A DNA stretch of 9,014 nt from Candidatus Auribacterota bacterium (GTDB lineage: Bacteria; Auribacterota; UBA6266), in contig JAGLRQ010000021.1 of assembly GCA_023136205.1 (NCBI GenBank), positions 1 to 9,014 of the forward strand, in the 5' to 3' direction. This document shows positions 1 to 6,520 of the stretch, piece after piece. The position numbers and the translations under genes are program-made. The notes beneath the pieces are model-generated. The model had not been told where the DNA came from. It did no database searches and saw nothing but the letters and a program-made list of their open reading frames with translations. How positions within the stretch are numbered: position 1 is the stretch's first letter; every line of letters starts with the position of its first letter.

Positions 1-2032
1 TGTTGTCATCACCGCTTTTGGCATAAGATAAAGAAGCCTCCCAGCTGTGAAAATTTCTGATTATTTCATACCTTTGATACTGAAGTGTCTTAAAACTGTC
101 CAATCCTGATCTGTTTGTTGCTTCAAAAGTAAAGAACGTGCTTAATTTCCATTTCTCTAAAAACCTCAAGCTGGCAGATGTTGTCCATTGATTGCTGTAA
201 TCCCTGAGATATCTTTGCCCGACCGCGCAGCCCAGATCCCTGAAAGGGCTGAATGAGACATAGGAATTTACCTCATCAAACTGCCTGTCATACGGATTAT
301 AGCTCGTTTCAATATGAGCTTTCATCCAGGGAAAAGGAGCAGCTTCAATCTCCGAAAAAATATTTGAAAATTTATTCCCGCTATTATCCCTGTTTTCATG
401 TGCGAACATATCCGTAAAAACAAAAACGTTAAGAAAATCCACAGCTTCATCATTTCTCTTGGTTTGAAAGGTATTTCTTATTCCGTATCTTAAAGTGTCC
501 CTGCGCGCGATAGCGTCAATCCAGTCAAATTGATATAACTCCGACGAATCCCTGTCCGGCTCATGCGTATACGTATATATGAGTTCCGGCTGAATAACAT
601 GCCGCATGTCCTGTATAGAGAAAAATTCATTATCCATGTAATAGGTTTTGGAAAACTTGACCGAGGCCTCTGCGCCCGCGGCAAAAATATTTCTTACAAT
701 ATCTTTTTTGTTTTCGGGGGAAGCTTCATAATAAGTCCCCCTGTATTCCGCAAAAGGATTTACCGAAATAAAATTAAAATATTTTTTGGGGAAAGACATT
801 CTATGAAATGTATCCAGTCTCCCTGAAATATATTCCCTGTGCCGGGTGTACTCCTTAACCCTCCGAAGATAGGCGCCGGAAGTATAACTTTCATAATAAA
901 AAGGCGAATTGACTATCTTCTGATTCGCAATATTGATATTAACTTCGGGCAACCTCTCAATAACATTATAAAAACTGTTGCTTCTGGCCCTTGCTGAAAC
1001 CCCCACACTAAAATTATCTCCGAAGCGCGTTATACTCCCGTGGCTTCTTGTTTGAACCGCATTTGAATATTCCTGCCTGAAATATTCTCTTCTCACATTC
1101 TCATCGCTCTCCAGGCTATACTCGGCAAACAAAGCTACGTCGTCGTTTACATCCTGCCTGTTCTGCCACTTTAACCAGTACCTGTCCGTATCATAAAGCA
1201 AGTCCCCATAAACAGTTTTGTTACCAACCTGGATGGTTTCTTTTTTACGCTCATCTATAAAATATGTTTTAACCTTGCCTTTTATTCCGCTTTGCCTGTA
1301 TTCAATGTCAACTCCACCCGCAAATCCTCTTTCGTTTCTATAGTCTAAATGCAGTGTTCCCTTTATATTTTCATCGTATTTCCAGTTAAGCCCTGTAAGA
1401 ACAAATGTTCCCCAGTCGGAATCATAACCCGGTATAACAAATAGCGTAACCCTATGGTCCCGAAGAGATTTTGAATAATACGGCCAGTAGAAAACGGGGA
1501 CATCTCCTATGTAAAACACCGCATGCCTTATAACAATTCTATCGCCAATATACACCTTAACGGTTTTACCTTCCACCCTGAATTCCGGCTGGTCAAAGTC
1601 ACTGGTTGTCAGACCGGCATCTGTCCCTACAAGGAGCTTTTTATCAAGTTTTTCAATATTCTTTACATTGCCGTACCATGGATGCATCTGGTATTTACAG
1701 TGCACTATATCCGCCGCTCCTGTATTCAAATTATAACGCACCCTGTCCGATCTATATATATTATTATCCTTATAGAGGGCCACATTGCCTTCCGCGTTAA
1801 CATCCCTGGTTTCAATATTGAATATCATCCTGTCCGCCGTAATCTTCATGCCGGTATACAAAAGCACAACATTTCCGGATGCCGTAACAGTCTGCGCAGC
1901 ACGGTCAAAAGTCACATTTTCACCATCAACTGTAACAGGAATATCATTGTTTTTTTCCGTTTTTTCCGCTATCAAAAAACCGCAGTTAAAAAGCAACAAT
2001 ATAAAAAATAATGTTTTAAAAAATCGCGTCAT
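1..2032 (-). CDS. lptD: LPS-assembly outer-membrane protein LptD (OstA family); N-terminal ~677 codons present, 3' end cut by the window edge
   Basis: Absent from the ORF track. Hand check of the minus frame (codon low coordinate = 2 mod 3) found no stop codon from 2032 down to 2. ATG is at 2030-2032 and the nearest upstream in-frame stop (TAG) is at 2060-2062, with no other start codon between. Translation begins MTRFFKTLFFILLLFNCGFLIAEKTEKNND (signal peptide). An OstA-like N-domain follows (VTFDRAAQTVTASGNVVLLYTGMKITADRMIFNIETRDVNAEGNVALYKD...RVRYNLNTG). Then comes the LptD-typical segment GDVPVFYWPYYSKSLRDHRVTLFVIPGYDSDWG...LDYRNERGFAGGVDIEYR, which parallels E. coli LptD as I recall it (VPIFYSPY...RRSGFLIP...RG...EFRY). 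No clear Shine-Dalgarno sequence; 19 nt separates it from the upstream gene. Confidence 0.85.
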   Translation of the reverse strand, partial: MTRFFKTLFFILLLFNCGFLIAEKTEKNNDIPVTVDGENVTFDRAAQTVTASGNVVLLYTGMKITADRMIFNIETRDVNAEGNVALYKDNNIYRSDRVRYNLNTGAADIVHCKYQMHPWYGNVKNIEKLDKKLLVGTDAGLTTSDFDQPEFRVEGKTVKVYIGDRIVIRHAVFYIGDVPVFYWPYYSKSLRDHRVTLFVIPGYDSDWGTFVLTGLNWKYDENIKGTLHLDYRNERGFAGGVDIEYRQSGIKGKVKTYFIDERKKETIQVGNKTVYGDLLYDTDRYWLKWQNRQDVNDDVALFAEYSLESDENVRREYFRQEYSNAVQTRSHGSITRFGDNFSVGVSARARSNSFYNVIERLPEVNINIANQKIVNSPFYYESYTSGAYLRRVKEYTRHREYISGRLDTFHRMSFPKKYFNFISVNPFAEYRGTYYEASPENKKDIVRNIFAAGAEASVKFSKTYYMDNEFFSIQDMRHVIQPELIYTYTHEPDRDSSELYQFDWIDAIARRDTLRYGIRNTFQTKRNDEAVDFLNVFVFTDMFAHENRDNSGNKFSNIFSEIEAAPFPWMKAHIETSYNPYDRQFDEVNSYVSFSPFRDLGCAVGQRYLRDYSNQWTTSASLRFLEKWKLSTFFTFEATNRSGLDSFKTLQYQRYEIIRNFHSWEASLSYAKSGDDN

Positions 2033-2051
2033 AAGATAAAATACATTTCCG

Positions 2052-2465
2052 TTAAAGCCCTACACCCTCTATTTTAATATCCAGGAGTTCTTCCCTGCTG
2101 ATATTATATTTCTTCATGATTTTTTCATCCAATTCCGAAATTTTGGAACCTACATATTTTAACTGCTCTAACATGTTGTCAGGAAATTTCTGTTTTGCTT
2201 CTTGTGCAAGCTTTTCTTCCATCGCCAGAACTTCCATAAATATTTCGTTTTTATGTTCTTCGGTTAAAAGCTCATCCGGTTGTCTTTTTACCTTGTCATC
2301 TTCAACAACCGCTTCAGAGGATACATCATCTTCTTTCATTATTCTTTCCACTATATCAAGGTAATTTTCATCCAAATCTAAAGCTGAATCTTCTTCACCG
2401 TGACAAAAACCGCTCAGAACAAAAAATACGCCAAAAAACAGTAGATATAACGCGAGCTTTTTCAG
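2052..2465 (-). CDS. Small exported Glu/Asp-rich hypothetical protein (137 aa if it starts at CTG 2465; the ORF track calls 2052..2375 from a TTG)
   Basis: The ORF-track frame stays open upstream of the TTG at 2375 as far as the TAA at 2493-2495. That extension encodes KPKQQRKKV-L-KKLALYLLFFGVFFVLSGFCHGEEDSALD, a textbook signal peptide (KK n-region, hydrophobic core, small residues before EED). It contains no ATG, GTG or TTG. The CTG at 2463-2465 is preceded by AAAGGAAAAAAGTT, putting AGGA 8 nt upstream. The mature part is acidic and looks helical. No family recognised. Confidence 0.55.
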   Translation of the reverse strand: MKKLALYLLFFGVFFVLSGFCHGEEDSALDLDENYLDIVERIMKEDDVSSEAVVEDDKVKRQPDELLTEEHKNEIFMEVLAMEEKLAQEAKQKFPDNMLEQLKYVGSKISELDEKIMKKYNISREELLDIKIEGVGL

Positions 2466-2492
2466 AACTTTTTTCCTTTGCTGTTTCGGTTT

Positions 2493-4004
2493 TTATGCTA
2501 TAAATAAAGCTTTTGTTGAAAAATTCGGATCGCTTGTCAGATTAAAACCAAGCCTTCTTAACCCGGCTTCATCACCCGGGGTAGGAATATGGGTTATATG
2601 CAGTTCACAGCCCCGGAGTTCCTTTAATTTTTCAATAGCTAACTCAGCCATCGGATTTGTAGCCGCGCTTATGCTAAGAGCAATCAATGCTTCTTCAAGG
2701 CTCATGCTCACTGACTTTGCGCCGGACATGTTCTGTTTAAGGCTGCTTATCGATTCAATAATATTGGGTGACAATAAATGTATTTTATCCGGAATATCGG
2801 CCAATTTTTTTACGGCATTGAAAATAAGGCTCGATGCCGCATGCATCAGAGGAGAATTTTTACCCGTGACAATTGAACCATCTTTTAATTCAATAGCCGC
2901 GCCGCAAAAAATTCCTTCGTTTCCTTTTTCTTGTCTCTCAGCTTCCTTCGCGGCACACCTCGCCGGTTTAAGTACTTTTCTGTCTTCTATTTTTACGCCA
3001 AGCTCTTCCATAATAGCCTTTGCTCTCTGAACAGCTTCTTCATCTACAACACCCAGAACATATTCACACGCGTACCTGAGATACCTCCTGATGGCTTCCT
3101 GCTTCGCGGCGTCCTTCACCACTTTGTCGTTAATAATCCCAAAACCCGCACGATTTACTCCCATATCGGTAGGAGACTTATATACCGGTTCTCCCATAAT
3201 TTTTTCCAAAATTCTCGTTAGAACAGGAAATATTTCCACATCCCGGTTATAGTTAATAGCGGTTTTGTCGTAAGCCTTCAGATGAAAAGGGTCAACAAGG
3301 TTATAATCTTTTATATCGGCAGTGGCCGCTTCGTAAGCGCTGTTAACAGGGTGCTTAAGAGGTATGTTCCAGATAGGGAATGTCTCAAATTTAGCATACC
3401 CGGAGTTTATCCCCTTCTTATGATCATGGTATAGCTGGGACAGGCATGTTGCCAATTTTCCGCTGCCGGGCCCGGGCCCGGTAACTACCACAAGGGGTTT
3501 TTTTGTTTCAATGTATTTATTCGCTCCAAAACCATTCTCACTTACTATAATATCCACATCCGTGGGATAACCTTTAATAAAATTGTGCGTGTAAACTTTA
3601 ATATTTCTTCGTTCTAGTTTATTTTTAAAAATTTTAGCGGCAGGCTGGTTTGTAAAACGGGTTATTACCACTGCCAGCACATCAATCCCCCACTCCCTTA
3701 AATCATCAATCAGTTTAAGCGCGTCGGCATCATAGGTAATACCAAAATCAGCCCTTATCTTCTTTCTCTCGATATCACCCGCGTAAATACAGAGAATAAC
3801 ATCTGTCTTATCCTTTAACTTCTGTAATAGCCGCATTTTTACATTTGGATCAAAACCGGGCAAAACTCTGGACGCATGATAGTCAAAGACAATTTTTCCT
3901 CCTAATTCAAGGTATAACTTGTCATTAAATTTTTCCACTCTTTCCAGAATCGCGGAGGTTTGTTCCTTTAAATATTTCTCATTGTCAAATCCCACTTTCA
4001 GCAT
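2493..4004 (-). CDS. DUF1846 / UPF0371 family protein (conserved, function unknown), 503 aa
   Basis: Complete ORF. The N-terminus [65 protein letters not shown]...[18 protein letters not shown] matches my memory of the ~500-aa UPF0371/DUF1846 family of Firmicutes and archaea. Contains a glycine-rich GPGPGSGK loop (aa 176-183). SD-like GGGA sits 6 nt before the ATG. Confidence 0.8.
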   Translation of the reverse strand: MLKVGFDNEKYLKEQTSAILERVEKFNDKLYLELGGKIVFDYHASRVLPGFDPNVKMRLLQKLKDKTDVILCIYAGDIERKKIRADFGITYDADALKLIDDLREWGIDVLAVVITRFTNQPAAKIFKNKLERRNIKVYTHNFIKGYPTDVDIIVSENGFGANKYIETKKPLVVVTGPGPGSGKLATCLSQLYHDHKKGINSGYAKFETFPIWNIPLKHPVNSAYEAATADIKDYNLVDPFHLKAYDKTAINYNRDVEIFPVLTRILEKIMGEPVYKSPTDMGVNRAGFGIINDKVVKDAAKQEAIRRYLRYACEYVLGVVDEEAVQRAKAIMEELGVKIEDRKVLKPARCAAKEAERQEKGNEGIFCGAAIELKDGSIVTGKNSPLMHAASSLIFNAVKKLADIPDKIHLLSPNIIESISSLKQNMSGAKSVSMSLEEALIALSISAATNPMAELAIEKLKELRGCELHITHIPTPGDEAGLRRLGFNLTSDPNFSTKALFIA

Positions 4005-4014
4005 CCCATGTCCC

Positions 4015-4036
4015 TTTTATTATTTAAATAATAAAA
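4015..4036. repeat. Perfect 22-bp A/T-only palindrome ttttattatttaaataataaaa (function unknown)
   Basis: Verified base by base as self-complementary. It abuts the GGGA SD (4011-4014) of the DUF1846 gene and lies downstream of the candidate promoter at 4048-4076. Confidence 0.8.
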
Positions 4037-4047
4037 CACTAACGAGG

Positions 4048-4076
4048 AGTTTATTATAATCAACACGGAAAGTCAA
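4048..4076 (-). promoter_or_regulatory. Possible internal promoter upstream of the DUF1846 gene
   Basis: On the minus strand: TTGACT (4071-4076), a 17-nt spacer, then TAAACT (4048-4053). A perfect TATAAT (4053-4058) is also present, but its 12-nt spacer is too short. Lies in the 110-nt apgM-DUF1846 gap. Confidence 0.25.
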
Positions 4077-4114
4077 AAAGTAAGAAGGATAAAGTAATTA
4101 ATACTATATACGAA

Positions 4115-5314
4115 TCATGCCCCAAACTTTGATAATCTTCCGGCATGCGCAAGGATAAGAGACATCAATTCTTTTGATTTAAATGTCCCAAGCGACCCCA
4201 CGACACATTCGGATTCACAAAAATTTGAATGGCCCCCGGGGCGGACCCATTTAGATTTCAACAGGGCTGGAATTGGATGCCAGCTATGTGCTTTGTACAC
4301 GGCAGGAGTTGAATGATCCCCGGTAACAACAAAAACATCCGGATTTAATTTTAATATTTCAGGCAGGTGGGCATCAACCTCTTCTATTACCTTTACTTTC
4401 CTTTCAAAATCCCCATCTTCTCCCGCGGAATCGGTATATTTGATATGGACAAAGAAAAAGTCATAATCCTTATAAATTCTGGAAAGGGTTTCAGTCTGGG
4501 GCACTATGCCGCTTTCCGTTTCTATTACATCCATGCCAGTCAGTTTTGCCAGGCCGCGATACATAGGATAACCGGCAACCGCGGCTGCTTTAAGGCCGTA
4601 AACCTCATTAAAAGAAGGTATCTTTACATAGTTTGCCCATCCTCTAAACATTATCATATTTGCCGGATGTTCATCTTTTAATATTTCCTTTGCCTGCCGG
4701 AAAAAATCACTCACAACTTTTTGCGATTTTTGGGAGTCCTTATCAAGAGCCTTCAGTTCGATCGGAGGCACACCGGTTTTCTGAGGGTCCGTTTCGCAAA
4801 GCTTATCGGAAAGGCCCTGCCCCCTGAAAATAATAGCGGCCCTGTGTTCTTTCACAGGTTCCACAAATACATCTACATCTTCCAGTTTTATATTGCCCAA
4901 CCTTGCACAAAGTTTTTTGTTAAGTTCGGTAGGAATTCTTCCCGCTCTTCTATCCGTTACATTTCCTTTATCGTCAACAGTCGCGAAATTAATCCTGGTA
5001 CACAAATCTCCATGCTGGACCTTGAAATTAATTCCGATTGCTTCAAGTATTCCTCTCCCTAGAATATATTTTTGAGGATCATAACCAAAAAGCCCCAAAT
5101 GGCCCGGGCCGCTGCCGGGAGTTATTCCGCTGGCGATAGGAAGCATTTGTCCAAGCGAGGATGATTTAAGAATTTTGTTCATATTCGGTTTACCGGCTGT
5201 TTCAAGTTCGGTTTTACCGTTCTTCGGCAAACCCCCAAGGCCGTCAAGGACCAGAAGAATAATTTTCGACTCATTTTTCTGAACAAGCGGTTTTATAAAA
5301 TTAAAGTCAGTCAT
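4115..5314 (-). CDS. apgM: 2,3-bisphosphoglycerate-independent phosphoglycerate mutase, archaeal type (ApgM family, alkaline-phosphatase superfamily), 399 aa
   Basis: Complete ORF. Shows N-terminal metal-ligand motif ILLVLDGLGG, GKTELETAGKPNMNKI, the catalytic-Ser region TPGSGPGHLGLFGYDP and C-terminal VVTGDHSTP, which together are the ApgM/metalloenzyme pattern. AGGAG at 5322-5326 lies 7 nt upstream of the ATG at 5314. The related 'proposed homoserine kinase' subfamily cannot be excluded without a search. Confidence 0.8.
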   Translation of the reverse strand: MTDFNFIKPLVQKNESKIILLVLDGLGGLPKNGKTELETAGKPNMNKILKSSSLGQMLPIASGITPGSGPGHLGLFGYDPQKYILGRGILEAIGINFKVQHGDLCTRINFATVDDKGNVTDRRAGRIPTELNKKLCARLGNIKLEDVDVFVEPVKEHRAAIIFRGQGLSDKLCETDPQKTGVPPIELKALDKDSQKSQKVVSDFFRQAKEILKDEHPANMIMFRGWANYVKIPSFNEVYGLKAAAVAGYPMYRGLAKLTGMDVIETESGIVPQTETLSRIYKDYDFFFVHIKYTDSAGEDGDFERKVKVIEEVDAHLPEILKLNPDVFVVTGDHSTPAVYKAHSWHPIPALLKSKWVRPGGHSNFCESECVVGSLGTFKSKELMSLILAHAGRLSKFGA

Positions 5315-5362
5315 ATAAATACTCCTGTTAGGTTTTTTACATCAGGTTTTCAAGAAAGGAAT

Positions 5363-5611
5363 TTATTTAAAAGGCTTAAAACCTGCTTTTTGCGCTATTT
5401 CGTAAAATTCATCCCGCGTTATGTTATCCAGTGATTTACCCTTTTTACTGAGTTGCTCATTAAATTTAATCGACTTTTCCTGCATCGCATCATGGGTTTC
5501 TTCAGAACCTCCGAAAAGACGGAAATTTTCCCCCTTTGTGACCCTCAGGTGGCCATCCTCACTATCAAAACCCAAGCCAAGAAGAAAAGCTTTACTTATC
5601 CTGTTGCCCAT
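5363..5611 (-). CDS. Small hypothetical protein, 82 aa (ORF track: 5363..5632 from a TTG)
   Basis: The ATG at 5609-5611 is preceded by GGAG (5616-5619) at 4-nt spacing. The TTG at 5632 used by the track has no SD and lies beside the predicted -10 box. Product: MGNRISKAFLLGLGFDSEDGHLRVTKGENFRLFGGSEETHDAMQEKSIKFNEQLSKKGKSLDNITRDEFYEIAQKAGFKPFK. It is soluble with no signal peptide. It resembles small conserved hypotheticals I have seen, but I cannot name a family. Confidence 0.6.
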   Translation of the reverse strand: MGNRISKAFLLGLGFDSEDGHLRVTKGENFRLFGGSEETHDAMQEKSIKFNEQLSKKGKSLDNITRDEFYEIAQKAGFKPFK

Positions 5612-5635
5612 CGTATCTCCTTTTTCTTTCAATAT

Positions 5636-5664
5636 AATATATTTTCTTCCGTAAATAAAGACAA
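5636..5664 (-). promoter_or_regulatory. Putative sigma70-like promoter for the 82-aa gene and possibly the whole downstream minus-strand gene string
   Basis: On the minus strand: TTGTCT (5659-5664), a 17-nt spacer, then TATATT (5636-5641). This predicts a short leader carrying the GGAG SD. Consensus matching by eye only, and sigma70 rules may not transfer to this lineage. Confidence 0.35.
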
Positions 5665-5712
5665 AAAAATAAATAAATGTGCGATTTTTACCTTTTTTTT
5701 AAATTTTTTTCC

Positions 5713-5724
5713 TGATAGTATATA
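5713..5724 (+). promoter_or_regulatory. Possible extended -10 element directly upstream of the TPR gene
   Basis: TGaTAGTAT (5713-5721) overlaps TATATA (5719-5724), only 6-9 nt from the ATG at 5731. The -35 region is a T8/A3/T7 tract with no clear hexamer. Confidence 0.25.
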
Positions 5725-5730
5725 CCCCTT

Positions 5731-6501
5731 ATGAAAATAATAAATACTCTAATTACAGCGTTAATTATATTTTCGGCACTAATAACCGGCACTCCTTTAA
5801 AATCCGAGACATCAGGAGAAACCGCTTATTTCTCCCTTGAAAAAGCCAGGAGCCTGACCAGTAGTAAAACATTAGGTTTTATATTTCAACAATCTATCTC
5901 CGAATCACTTACATCAGGCGAAAATAACACAATATTTAATGAAAAAGCTTCAAAAAACGCAATGCAGTCCATAAATATACTTTCAGAACTTATTCAGAAA
6001 TACCCGGGCATAAGCGACTTTTATTCAGCCCGGGCAGTGGCTTACGCGCTGCTTCCTTCAATCACAGACGCGGAAACAGGGCGAAAGATACGTGGAAAAT
6101 GCCTTGATGACGGCAGAAAAGCGCTCGAGATTAACCCGGAAAATATAGAAGCCTACATTGCTCTTTTTTTCGTCGATGATGACAGAACTTACCTGGAAAG
6201 AGCTCTTCAAATTGACCCTGAAAACGAAACAGCAAATGTTTATATGTGTACTTCAAAATACGCGTTTCCCGCGTTAAAAGGCAACAGCCGGAACCTTACC
6301 ACAGAAGCTATCAAAGAATTGGAAAGCCTTTCCGATAGATACCCTGACAATATATTCATTCTTTTTTTAAAGGGCAGGCTTTACCTGAAAAATGGCAACA
6401 GGCAAATGGCTTATAAAATATTCAAGAAGGCATACCAATTAGACCCGGAGCAACCCGCTGTAACAATTCTGTTAGATGCTCTTGAAAAAGACCCGGCATA
6501 A
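5731..6501 (+). CDS. Exported TPR-like repeat protein, 256 aa
   Basis: Complete ORF and the only plus-strand gene. N-terminal signal peptide MKIINTLITALIIFSALITGTPLKS. TPR-like helical-pair segments end in the typical A..ldP motif (KALEINPENIEAYIAL, LERALQIDPENETANVYM, GRLYLKNGNRQMAYKIFKKAYQLDPEQP). No SD upstream (5725-5730 is cccctt). Confidence 0.7.
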   Translation: MKIINTLITALIIFSALITGTPLKSETSGETAYFSLEKARSLTSSKTLGFIFQQSISESLTSGENNTIFNEKASKNAMQSINILSELIQKYPGISDFYSARAVAYALLPSITDAETGRKIRGKCLDDGRKALEINPENIEAYIALFFVDDDRTYLERALQIDPENETANVYMCTSKYAFPALKGNSRNLTTEAIKELESLSDRYPDNIFILFLKGRLYLKNGNRQMAYKIFKKAYQLDPEQPAVTILLDALEKDPA

Positions 6502-6520
6502 GGAAATCTATAAAGGATCC

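Noticed and set aside
490-2039. ORF-track entries 490..684(-), 563..826(+), 1523..2011(+), 1606..1800(+) and 1785..2039(+) as possible small genes
   Set aside because: All lie inside, and out of frame with or antisense to, the 677-codon LptD frame. Their translations are low-complexity and Ile/Phe/Arg-rich with no SD or recognisable motifs, as expected for shadow ORFs of an AT-rich gene.
2400-2420. Lipoprotein lipobox in VLSGFC of the small exported protein
   Set aside because: The canonical lipobox needs G/A/S at -1 before Cys, and here it is Phe (L-S-G-F-C). Signal peptidase I cleavage after CHG is at least as plausible, so no lipoprotein call is made.
2493-2495. Stop-codon readthrough fusing DUF1846 to the downstream small protein (same frame across the TAA)
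   Set aside because: The downstream segment is an N-terminal-type signal peptide, which makes no sense as an internal extension of a 503-aa cytoplasmic protein. The shared frame is a 1-in-3 coincidence.
3461-5120. Shared GC-rich 11-mer ccgctgccggg at about 3461-3471 (DUF1846 GPGPGSGK) and about 5110-5120 (ApgM PGSGPG), as a possible repeat or recombination signal
   Set aside because: Both copies encode Pro/Gly/Ser runs with the same codons. My back-of-envelope estimate (about 4e7 position pairs against about 4e6 possible 11-mers) is that several chance 11-mer matches are expected in a 9-kb window.
5612-5632. TTG at 5632 as the start of the small protein (89-aa model in the ORF track)
   Set aside because: No SD precedes it and it lies beside the predicted -10 box. 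The ATG at 5611 has GGAG at ideal spacing.
5663-5710. Homopolymer tracts (A7, T8, T7) in the divergent promoter region as phase-variation switches
   Set aside because: The tracts are short and typical of AT-rich intergenic DNA. There is no contingency-locus context such as surface-antigen, restriction-modification or glycosyltransferase genes.
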